Part shown: piece by piece, positions 41,638 through 50,653 of the stretch
How positions within the stretch are numbered: position 1 is the first letter of the stretch
How the letters are laid out: each line of letters starts with the position of its first letter
Assembly: GCA_963841435.1 (NCBI GenBank)
Contig: CAWJCS010000006.1
Coordinates: forward strand, 1,536,001 to 1,600,000
Direction: 5' to 3'
DNA length: 64,000 nt
From: an uncultured delta proteobacterium
Lineage (GTDB): Bacteria; Myxococcota_A; Polyangia; Polyangiales; Polyangiaceae
The notes under the pieces: model-generated
Seen by the model: only the letters and a program-made list of their open reading frames with translations
Told to the model about the DNA's origin: nothing
Database searches by the model: none
Made by a program: the position numbers and the translations under genes

Positions 41638-43642
41638 GTGAAAACAGTGGGATCGAACGCGGGTCGTGGGCGATCGAGGTGGCTCGGGGAGCTTTTCGTA
41701 CTGACGACGGGCGTCGCCATCGCGTGCTCGGCGGACCCCGACACGAACGGCCCCGTCGGCTACGGCTCCGGAGCACGAAGTGGTGTTGGCGGGAGCGTCG
41801 CGATCGGAGGCGGCACGGCCGGCAAGGGCGGCGGCGGCAAGGGGGGCACCGGCGTGGGGTTCGACGACGGACCCGTCGTTACGGCGGAACGGACACCGCC
41901 GCCGATCTCGGGAGGAACGCTCCTCAGCTTGAAGGGAGGAGGCCGAGTCGCGGTATCCGACAGCGACCGCGACTGGGTAGGACTCGTCGATCTGGACACG
42001 GGCAACATCGATGCTGCGTTCCCGCTCGAGCACGGCGCGGAGCCTGGGCGTCTCATCGAGGACGATGAAGGTCGCGTCCACGTCGCTTTGCGCGGCTCGG
42101 GAGACCTGCTCAGCATCGACACCCACACGGGGGAGGCCGTCGATCGGCGGCCCGTCTGCGCCGCGCCGCGCGGCGTCGCGTACGACGCGGAACACGACAG
42201 CGTGCTCGTCGCGTGCCTCGAGGGCACCCTCGTCGAGCTACCCGCGGACGGCGGCGAGCCGACACGCGTGACGCGCGTGGCCGACGATCTGAGGGACGTC
42301 GTGCTCGTCGACGGAACCCTCGTCCTGACGCGGTTTCGCGCCGCAGAGCTTCTGTATTTGGACGACGACCGCAAGATCGAACGCCGCGAGGGGCTTGGCT
42401 CGACCCGAGACGGATTCGAGGCCAACGTCGCCTGGCGCGCCATCGTGACGCCGAACGGCGTGATCGCCGTCGTGCACCAGCGAGCGTTCAGCGGTTTCAT
42501 CTCGGTGAACGATGACACCTCCTTCACGGGCTCGGCCGGTGCCTCGGATAGGGGCGCCGCGGGTGAGGCGGGGGGGCCCGGCATCGGCGCCGCCGGCTCC
42601 GAAAGCTTTCCCTTCCACGACGGCTACGGCAGTGGCGGCCCCTGCAGCTCCGTCGTCGAGACCACCGTCACGCTTGCCAACGTCAACGGCACGCTGCAAC
42701 CCGGGCCGACGCTCGACCTCTCCGTGTTGCCCGTCGATATCGCCGTTTCCCCCCTCGGCAAGCTCGCGGTCGCCAACGCCGGGCTTGGGTTGAACGGCTC
42801 CTCGGTCGGCATCTACACGATGTCGAGCGTGTTTTCCCCCGACCTGCGGCCCGGCTTGAATTGCTTCGAATCAGAGAATTTTTACGCAGGTCCTGGAGCC
42901 ATCGCCGTGGCCTTCGATGAAGCCGGCACGCGCTTCGTGGCGCAGCACCGCGAGCCCGCCGAGCTGGTCGTGTTCAACGCAGATCTCGAGCCACAAATGA
43001 CGATCTCGCTCGGCAAGCAGAGCGTGGTCGACACGGGCCATGCCATTTTCCACACCGACGCCGGGGGCGGTATCGCCTGCGCGTCGTGTCACCCCGAAGG
43101 AACCGACGACGGCCGGGTGTGGCGCTTCTCCGATTCGGGCAAGCGCCGCACGCAACCGCTCGAACGTCGGGCTGGAGGGCACGGCGCCGTTTCATTGGGC
43201 CGGCGACTTGCCGTCGTTCGGCTCGCTCGTCGATCAAGTGTTCGTCGGGCGCATGTCGGGTCCGGTCGAGAGCCCCGACCGCGCCGCGGCCCTCGAAGCC
43301 TACGTCTATTCGTTGCCGCGCCGGCCCGCCCTCCGCGCCGCAGACGATCCCGCGGCGCTCCGCGGCAAGGCGCTTTTCGAGTCCGAAAAGGTCGGCTGCG
43401 CGGAGTGCCACGAGGGCTCGCACCTGTCGAGCGGTGAGACCGAGAACATCGGCCGCGAGGTCGCGCTGCAAGTCCCCTCCCTCATCGCCGTCTCGGCGCG
43501 CGCGCCGTTCATGCATGACGGCTGCGCCGCGACGCTCTTCGACCGCTTCGATCCTGCTTGCGGTGGCGCACGGCATGGGCACCCCGAGACGCTGAACGAA
43601 GACGAGCTCTCCGATCTGGTGGCGTACCTCGAGTCGCTCTAG
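41638..43642 (+). CDS. beta-propeller + di-heme cytochrome c (peroxidase-like) lipoprotein; apparent +1 frameshift near 43163
   Basis: GGAGG RBS before GTG 41638; lipobox IAC; CASCH and CAECH; TAPFHW, VPSL...APFMHDG, DLVAYLESL; removing one A gives RTQPLDVGLEGTAPFHW. Confidence 0.85.
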
Positions 43643-43716
43643 CGTCGAGTTGGGCGATCTCGGAACAACGGGTCGCGTTCAACGTGGGCCGCAACCTGCC
43701 TCGCCGAAGGTGGCCG

Positions 43717-44656
43717 TCAGCCGGCGCTCTTCAGGGCGCCGAGCACCACCTCGGGGGGCAGCGCCGTGCGGAGCGAGATCGAGCGGCCGACGGCCGTGAC
43801 AGTCGTCGCCTGAGCCGCCCTTGCGACGCCGCCGTCACCCGCGGCGGCGACCACCCGGATGCGCTCGACCAGCTCCTCTGCGCGCAGGGCCTGCTCGGCC
43901 GTTTCGAGCTCCAGCGCCACGTCGAGCCGTACACCGTTTGCCTCGGGCTCGACCACGCCCTCGATGCGACGCGCGGCGCCGAGCACCTTCGAAAGCATCG
44001 GCGCCTTCGGCGCGAGCGCCTCGCGGACGCCCCGAAGCCGCGCGGCGAAGGCGACGAGCCCGCGCGCGGGCGGGCACAGCGGGCTCGCGGGAAGCCGCCC
44101 GTCGAGCACGGCCTCGACGCTGTCGATCTCCGCTTCCGAAACGACGACCATCCGTGTGTCGGAAAAGGCGTAGACGCGCGCCGGGCTCGAGCGAGGGCCG
44201 CTCGCCGGCCGCTGCCAGTAGCGCACGTCGCCCCCGAGAATCGATGCTCGTTCCCCAGCTCGCAGGTGCGCGCTCGAAGCTGCCGAACTGTCCCTCGAGC
44301 GCGAGCACCGTGTCCGGACCACCGCGGTCGAGGTCGGCACGCGCGGCGAGCACGGCGACGTCCGCTCGAGCGAGGGCGGCACCGACGAGCTCGCCTTCGT
44401 CCATCGAGCCCGTGCCGCGCGACGCGAGCTCGAGCGTCAGGCCCAGCGCCACGGGGCCGAGCGCCGCACGGATCCGTCCTAGATCGACGCGGACGACGAG
44501 GTCCAGATCGGGCGGAACGACGTCCTCGGGGCGCTCGATGCCGGGCGCCTGCGGTGGCGGCCCGATGGCGGGCGCACAGCCGAGCGGTAGCGAGACCAAA
44601 AGGAGCCCGAGCTTTGCCGCCGCGCGCCGGTCGAGCCGACTGCGGGCACGCGTCAC
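43717..44656 (-). CDS. hypothetical lipoprotein; apparent +1 frameshift near 44239
   Basis: Lipobox LGC; start overlaps cmk stop; removing one base at 44239-44240 gives SIDLGGDVRY and joins two ORFs. Confidence 0.72.
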
Positions 44657-45363
44657 GGGGCCGCCAGGCGGGCTTCGGCGTCGCGCACCCGAGCGACGAT
44701 GCGTCGGACCACCTCGTCGATGTCGATTCCCGAGCTGTCGATGACGACCGCGTCGGCGGCCTGAACGAGCGGCGCGATGGGGCGCGTGCTGTCGCGTCGA
44801 TCACGCTCGACGACGTCGCTCCGGACGGCCGCGATGTCCGCCTGCTGCCCGGCGCGCACGAGCTGCTCGTAGCGGCGACGCGCGCGCTCCTCGACGCTCG
44901 CCGTGAGAAACAGCTTCACCTCGGCGTCGGGAAACACGACGCTACCGATGTCGCGGCCTTCGAGCACGACCCCCCCGCCGCGCCCCGCCGCGCGCTGCAA
45001 TTCGAGCAGCGCGGCGCGGACGCGCGGCTGCGCCGACACCTTGCTCGCGCCCTGGCCCAGCTCCTGGGTGCGGATCGCCTGGCTCACGTCCTCCCCGTCG
45101 AAAAGGACACGCACGGCCCCGTCCCCGCGGTCCTCGAGCCGCACGGCGCCGCGGGCGACGAGCGCCTCGGCAAGCGCGCCGATACTCGGTGCGTCGTCGA
45201 AATCCAGCCCGCCGCGCTGCGCGGCAAGCGCCACGGCACGGTAGAGCGCCCCGGTGTCGACGAGCAGGTAGCCGAGCTCGCGCGCGACGCGGCCCGTGAC
45301 CGTCGATTTCCCCGCGCCCGCGGGGCCGTCGATGGCGACGACGGGACGACGGCGCAGGCTCAC
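44653..45363 (-). CDS. cmk: cytidylate kinase
   Basis: AIDGPAGAGKST, DTGALYR, EGRDIGSVVFPDA, RDRRDSTR. Confidence 0.97.
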   Translation of the reverse strand: MSLRRRPVVAIDGPAGAGKSTVTGRVARELGYLLVDTGALYRAVALAAQRGGLDFDDAPSIGALAEALVARGAVRLEDRGDGAVRVLFDGEDVSQAIRTQELGQGASKVSAQPRVRAALLELQRAAGRGGGVVLEGRDIGSVVFPDAEVKLFLTASVEERARRRYEQLVRAGQQADIAAVRSDVVERDRRDSTRPIAPLVQAADAVVIDSSGIDIDEVVRRIVARVRDAEARLAAP

Positions 45364-46715
45364 CGCCTCACCTCGATGTCCGCGCCGAGCGAGCGCAACG
45401 TGCCCACGAAGCGCGGAAAGCTCACGGCGAGCGCATCGGCGTTCTCGATGACGCTGTCACCGTCGGCGAGTAGCGCGAGGACCGTTGCCGTCATGGCGAG
45501 TCGGTGATCGCCGCCGCTCGAAACCCGGGCCGCCGTGAGCGGTCGTTCGGGCCGGCCCTCGATCACGAGCCCGTCGGAGCGCTGCTCCACGCCCACGCCG
45601 AACGCCCGGAGCAGCTCGCACAGCGCCGGGAGCCGGTCGGGACGGTCGTCGCTGGGCGCCGCGGTGTCCACGATGGCGCTCGTGCCGCGCGCCCGCGCAA
45701 ACAGCGCGCAGAGCGCCGGGATCTCGTCGCGAGCGCGCTCGACGAGCTCGCCACCGAGCGTGATCCCGCGGAGCACCGAGCCGCGCGCCGTGACGTCGCC
45801 GAACGGCTCGCCGAGCGAGGAGCCCGTTGGGGTGATCCCCGTGCGACCTCCCGCGAGCCGGATCACCTCCAGGATGCCCGAGCGCGTCGGGTTCAGTCCC
45901 GTGCGGCGCGCCGTCACGTGACTGTCGGGAACGATCTGCGCGGCGACGAGCAGGAACGCCGCGGCCGACAGATCGCCGGGCACGTCGAGCTCGAACCCCG
46001 GTATCGCGAGCGGATCGGCCGGCGGGTGGAGGCTCACGATCGAGCCGGCCGTCGAAAGCGGCATGCCGAGCGCGGAGAGCAGTCGCTCCGTATGATCGCG
46101 GGAAATGACGGGCTCGTCGATGAGCGTCGGGCCCGAAGCGAAGAGTCCGGACAGAAGCAGCGCGCCCTTGGCGTGATCGTTGGCGCTCGCGAGTCGATGC
46201 TCGAGCGGGGCGAGCCTTTGTCCCTGCTCGAGCCCCGCGCTGTTGATCGGGGCCGTTTCGTCGTCGCTCGCGTCGTCGCGCACCCCGGCCAGGCGCGCGC
46301 CGCGCTGCCGCAACGGGTCGAGCACGCTGCGCATGCCGAGACCGTGTAGCCGCTCGTGTCCGTCGAGACGCGACGGGAACGGCTGCCCAGAAAGCACACC
46401 ACACAAGAGCCTGAGGCAGGTGGGCGAGCGACCGCAGTCGAGCGGCTCCCGTGGAGCCTCGAGCCCCGCGAGACCGACGCCGCGGAGCTTGATGGTCCCG
46501 TGGCCGTCGTCGGAGTGACGCACGCCGAGCGCTCCGAGCGCTCCGAGCGTCTTCAGATTGTCCGTGCCGTAGCCGAAGCCGCGGATCTCGGACGGGCCGT
46601 TGGACAGCGCGGCGAGCACGAGCGCGCGATGCGTGATGCTGCGGTCGCTCGGGACCGGCACGCTGCCACGAAGCGGCTTCTTTTGGGGTCGAACGAGCAG
46701 CGTCGGTGCGTTCAT
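45360..46715 (-). CDS. aroA: EPSP synthase (AroA)-fold protein with degenerate active site
   Basis: SRDHTER, PGDLSAAAF, NPTR, DEIP, GDHRLAM, SFP present; several catalytic motifs altered; syntenic with cmk. Confidence 0.85.
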   Translation of the reverse strand: MNAPTLLVRPQKKPLRGSVPVPSDRSITHRALVLAALSNGPSEIRGFGYGTDNLKTLGALGALGVRHSDDGHGTIKLRGVGLAGLEAPREPLDCGRSPTCLRLLCGVLSGQPFPSRLDGHERLHGLGMRSVLDPLRQRGARLAGVRDDASDDETAPINSAGLEQGQRLAPLEHRLASANDHAKGALLLSGLFASGPTLIDEPVISRDHTERLLSALGMPLSTAGSIVSLHPPADPLAIPGFELDVPGDLSAAAFLLVAAQIVPDSHVTARRTGLNPTRSGILEVIRLAGGRTGITPTGSSLGEPFGDVTARGSVLRGITLGGELVERARDEIPALCALFARARGTSAIVDTAAPSDDRPDRLPALCELLRAFGVGVEQRSDGLVIEGRPERPLTAARVSSGGDHRLAMTATVLALLADGDSVIENADALAVSFPRFVGTLRSLGADIEVRR

Positions 46716-47695
46716 CCGCTTGAGCCCACGAGGGCGTCGAGGCGTTCGAGCAGCGCCCCGACGGCAACGCCGTCGAACGCGCCGACGAACGAGACTTCAC
46801 TCCCCTTCGGCTGCGCTTCGAGCTTGCGAATGGGCTGCCCGATGCCGAAGAGGGCGAGAATCGTCGAATAGCGCTCGACCGAACCCCGGAGAACCAAGAG
46901 ATTCTGGGCGCCGCGCGTCGCCGCGGCCTCGTCCTCGTAGCTCAGCGTTCCCGCGACGTTCAGCCCCGGGTCCTCGAAGTTGCCGAGCAGGGACATCGTC
47001 TTCAACCCGTCGAGGAACGCGAGCTGCCGGCGCGCGGCGTCCGGCAGAGGGCTCGCCGTGAGATCGACGCCGGCGACGAGCGGTGCTTTCGGCTCGACGA
47101 AGAGCGTCGCCATGTTGGGCGGGAGCTGGCGTCGCGTGCGCCCCTCCTCGATGCGATCCAGCGCACGGCGCATGCCGATGTCGTTGCCGCAGAGCGCCGT
47201 CTTTGCCGTGAGCACGCTAAAGCCCGTGGGACCCGCCGTGTAGAGCGCGCGCCCGGCATAGCTCGATTTCGTGAGCGGCACGCCGAGCGGCGTCAACGTG
47301 ACGCCGTCCGCGGCGGTCTCGATCTTCTCGCGATCGAAGCGCCCCACGGCGACACCGGCCGTGTCGGCGCCTTGCATGGAGTAGATGCCAACCCAGGCGC
47401 GCTCGAGGTCGCGGCGCGGGTCGAAGTCGGCCGAGGGCGGGACCGGCACGCGCTTCTGCGCGAGAGCATAGAGCTTTTCGGCGTAGCGCGAGGCGAACGC
47501 CGCGCGCGCATCGAGGTAGATCACGCCGACGGCCGAGCCCGGCAGAAGCCGCAGCGGATCGGAATCGATTTCACCTTCGGTGAGCTTCTTGTCGGCACCC
47601 GTCTTGACGATGACGTCGTCCTGGTGCGAGCAAGCGCTCGCGAGCGCCGTGACCGAGAGCGCCGCCAGGACCTCGCGACGACGAAGCCGCGTCAC
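46712..47695 (-). CDS. hypothetical lipoprotein
   Basis: VTRLRRREVLAALSVTALASAC signal/lipobox; overlaps hisC stop and aroA start. Confidence 0.8.
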   Translation of the reverse strand: MTRLRRREVLAALSVTALASACSHQDDVIVKTGADKKLTEGEIDSDPLRLLPGSAVGVIYLDARAAFASRYAEKLYALAQKRVPVPPSADFDPRRDLERAWVGIYSMQGADTAGVAVGRFDREKIETAADGVTLTPLGVPLTKSSYAGRALYTAGPTGFSVLTAKTALCGNDIGMRRALDRIEEGRTRRQLPPNMATLFVEPKAPLVAGVDLTASPLPDAARRQLAFLDGLKTMSLLGNFEDPGLNVAGTLSYEDEAAATRGAQNLLVLRGSVERYSTILALFGIGQPIRKLEAQPKGSEVSFVGAFDGVAVGALLERLDALVGSSG

Positions 47696-48774
47696 GCGAG
47701 CACCTCCGCCAGCGCCGCGAGGAAGCGGTCGTTCTCGGCGGCGAGCCCCACCGTCACGCGCAGGCCGTGTGGCACGTTGCCGAAAGGCCGCACGATGACG
47801 CCGCGCCGGAGCAGCGCGTCGTAGACGGGGCGCGCGGGGCGATCGAGCTCGATGAAGACGAAATTGGCCTGGCTCGGCGCCACGCGCACGCCGAGCCCCT
47901 CGAGCGCGGCGCTCAAGCGGGCGCGCTCCGCCGTGTTGTGCCGCGCGCTCTTCTCGACGTGCTCGCGATCGCCGAGCGCGGCCAGCGCGGCCGCCTGACC
48001 CGGGCCCGTCACGTTGAAGGGGGCACGCACGCGGTTCATGTAGTCGATGAGCCGCGCCGGCCCGATGGCATAGCCGATGCGCAGCGCCGCCAGGCCGTGC
48101 GCCTTCGAGAACGTGCGCATGACGATGAGCCGCTCGCGCAGCCCTCGCAGCTCGAGACAATCGGGATAGTCACTCGCATCGGCATACTCGAAGTACGCCT
48201 CGTCCATCACGACGATGACCTCGGGGGGCACCTCGCGGAGGAAGGTCTCGACCGCCGCGCGCCCCACGTGGGTGCCCGTGGGATTGTTCGGATTCGCGAC
48301 GAACACGACGCGTGTCGCCGGGGTGACGGCGGCCGCCATCGCCGGGAGATCGTGGACGTGGTTGACGAGGGGCACCGCCGTGAACGGCACGCCGCCCGCG
48401 AGCGCCGCGAGGCGGTAGACGATGAACGCAGGCTCCGCGAACACGACGTGGTGCGCGGGCGTGCAGAAGGCTCGCACCACCAGGTCGAGGAGCTCGTTCG
48501 AGCCGCCGCCCTGGAGCACCTCCCCGAGCGCGACGCCGTGGTGGTCGGCGAGCCCGCGGCGGAGCGCGTACGCGGCGCCGTCCGGATAGCGATTGAGGGA
48601 GCCGAGGGCCTCGCGAGCGGCAGCGATCGCCTTCGGGCTCGCGCCGAGCGGGTTCTCGTTGGAGGCGAGCTTGACGGCGCCGGTGACGCCGAGCTCGCGA
48701 GCGAGCTCCTCGATGGGCTTACCACCTTCGTAGGGAACCAGGAGCTCGATCGACGGGGTGACGAGGGACGACAT
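47692..48774 (-). CDS. hisC: histidinol-phosphate/aromatic aminotransferase
   Basis: KLASNENP, NPNNPTG, DEAY, RTFSKAHGLAALRIGY. Confidence 0.95.
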   Translation of the reverse strand: MSSLVTPSIELLVPYEGGKPIEELARELGVTGAVKLASNENPLGASPKAIAAAREALGSLNRYPDGAAYALRRGLADHHGVALGEVLQGGGSNELLDLVVRAFCTPAHHVVFAEPAFIVYRLAALAGGVPFTAVPLVNHVHDLPAMAAAVTPATRVVFVANPNNPTGTHVGRAAVETFLREVPPEVIVVMDEAYFEYADASDYPDCLELRGLRERLIVMRTFSKAHGLAALRIGYAIGPARLIDYMNRVRAPFNVTGPGQAAALAALGDREHVEKSARHNTAERARLSAALEGLGVRVAPSQANFVFIELDRPARPVYDALLRRGVIVRPFGNVPHGLRVTVGLAAENDRFLAALAEVLA

Positions 48775-48916
48775 GGGCTGACAGCGAATGAAGCGTAGCG
48801 CCTGGCGACACACCGAACCGCGATCGAGGCCCGCCGGCAGCAGGCGCCGCGCGTTTAGCCTTGCCCGGCACGCGGCGTCGCGTCAACCGAGCGGGCCGAC
48901 CGCGGCCACGCCGCGC

Positions 48917-49987
48917 TCAGGCCGTACCGACGGGACAGGAGCCGAGCACCTTGAGGTACCGGGTGGCCCGCTTGATGGCTTCGAGCGCAGTCGTGACGGA
49001 GCGGTCCGTCACGTGGGCGCTCAGCTCGACATAAAAGACGTAGTCCCAGCGGCCGTCGGGGACGGGCCGTGACTGCAACTTGCGCAGGTTGACCCCGCGC
49101 TCCGCGAAATGCTTGAGGACGCCGAACAGCGACCCGGGCGAATCGTCGACGCTGAAAAGCAGGCAGGTCACGTCGCTGCCCGTGCGGCTGGCCGGGCGTG
49201 CGGCCGCAATGGCGTAGCGCATCCTCAGATCCGGCTCGTCACCGACGTTGGCGCGCCGGCTGTCGAGCCCGCCGTTGCGACCGACGCGCTCTGGCACGAT
49301 GGCGGCCGAGGCGCGCTCCTCGCGCGTGAGCTCCGCGGCCACGACCGGCGAGCGCACGTCGATGATGCTCGCGCGTGGGAGCTCCGCATCGAGGAACCGC
49401 TGGCAAGCGGCGAGCCCCACCGCCGTTCCGTAGACCTTCTCGATCTCGGTCACGTCGCCGCGCGCCATCAAGTGATAGGCGGCCGGCGTCACACGCTCCC
49501 CCACCATCACGAGCTCCGTTTCGGAGAGCGCCGTCACGGACGGCTGCACGAGCCCATCGACGGACGACTCGAAGGGAAGCACGGCGAACGTGGCTCGCCC
49601 GCGCACCACCTCGTCGAGCGCCTCGCGGACGCCTGCCGCGGCGAACGTCGTCGCCGTGGCGCCGAAGTGAGCGAGCGCCGTTTCGTTGCCGAACCCTCCC
49701 TCCGGCCCGACGTAGGCCACCTTCGCCGGCTGCTCGATGGCGCGCGCGGCAGCCCGCACGCTCCCGAGGACGGCGCGCAGGCTCTCCTTCGGCATGTCGC
49801 CCGAGGAGGCCGCCACGAGACCTTCCATCCATTCACGCTCTCCGACGTCGATGCTCAGCTCGGCAGGTGCGTGGCTCGCGATGCCGCGCGAGATGCGCGC
49901 ACGCGCGTCGAGCCGCTCGACGATCTCGCGGTCGAGTGCCGCGAGTTGTTCGCGCAGGTTCGACATCTCGCGCCGCGCGTCGGTCAT
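48917..49987 (-). CDS. pheA: chorismate mutase-prephenate dehydratase-ACT (P-protein) homolog with degenerate catalytic motifs
   Basis: CM-like helix LREQLAALDREIVERLDARAR, VAYVGPEG, ACT PGSLFGVL...NLRKLQSRP...WDYVFYVE...KVLGS. Confidence 0.85.
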   Translation of the reverse strand: MTDARREMSNLREQLAALDREIVERLDARARISRGIASHAPAELSIDVGEREWMEGLVAASSGDMPKESLRAVLGSVRAAARAIEQPAKVAYVGPEGGFGNETALAHFGATATTFAAAGVREALDEVVRGRATFAVLPFESSVDGLVQPSVTALSETELVMVGERVTPAAYHLMARGDVTEIEKVYGTAVGLAACQRFLDAELPRASIIDVRSPVVAAELTREERASAAIVPERVGRNGGLDSRRANVGDEPDLRMRYAIAAARPASRTGSDVTCLLFSVDDSPGSLFGVLKHFAERGVNLRKLQSRPVPDGRWDYVFYVELSAHVTDRSVTTALEAIKRATRYLKVLGSCPVGTA

Positions 49988-49994
49988 GCGCGCC

Positions 49995-50381
49995 TCAAGC
50001 CGCCGCGCCGGACGGCTTCGTCCCCGCCTTCTTGTCGCCGCCGCTCGAGGACTTGTCGCCGCCGCTCGAAGACCCCGAGTCGGAAGTCTTCGCCGGGGTC
50101 GCTTCCGTGCCCGTGCTCTTCGAGCTCGAGTCCGCCTTGTTGGGTTCGGCGCTCTTGGCGTTGCTGTCGCCCGCGGCGGGCTCGCTGCTCTTCTTCTGCG
50201 GGCTGCCGTACAGATCCGCGTACCAACCACCGCCCTTGAGAATGAAGCCCGCACCACCCGACACCTGGCGCTTCGCCGTCTCGGCGTGACAGCTTGGGCA
50301 TTCGGTGAGGGCCTTCGCGCTGATGGGCTGCTCTGCTTCCCAAGCATGGCCGCAGGCCGTGCAGACGTACTCGTAGGTCAT
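49995..50381 (-). CDS. FmdB-family zinc-ribbon protein
   Basis: YEYVCTACG...ECPSC...FILKGGGWYADLY, low-complexity tail. Confidence 0.9.
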   Translation of the reverse strand: MTYEYVCTACGHAWEAEQPISAKALTECPSCHAETAKRQVSGGAGFILKGGGWYADLYGSPQKKSSEPAAGDSNAKSAEPNKADSSSKSTGTEATPAKTSDSGSSSGGDKSSSGGDKKAGTKPSGAAA

Positions 50382-50653
50382 GGCTTTTCGTCCCGGTCTC
50401 AATTTCCAATGCGTTCGGTTCTCCCCCCTGTCAACCTCGGGGCCACGTTCTGGCACTGAACAGGATAGCAGCTTCTCCAAAAAAAGCGGGCGTTCGGATG
50501 CTGGAAAGGGCTTGTGCGCATCCGTTCAGCAGGGTACGAATACGATGACGCGGCGTGACGCTACATGGCGCTACGTTGCCACCGACCAGTCGGCCCGCTA
50601 GCCAAGGGCTGAGACTGCTATAGAAGAAGCTCCAGAGGCACGCGGGACACAAG

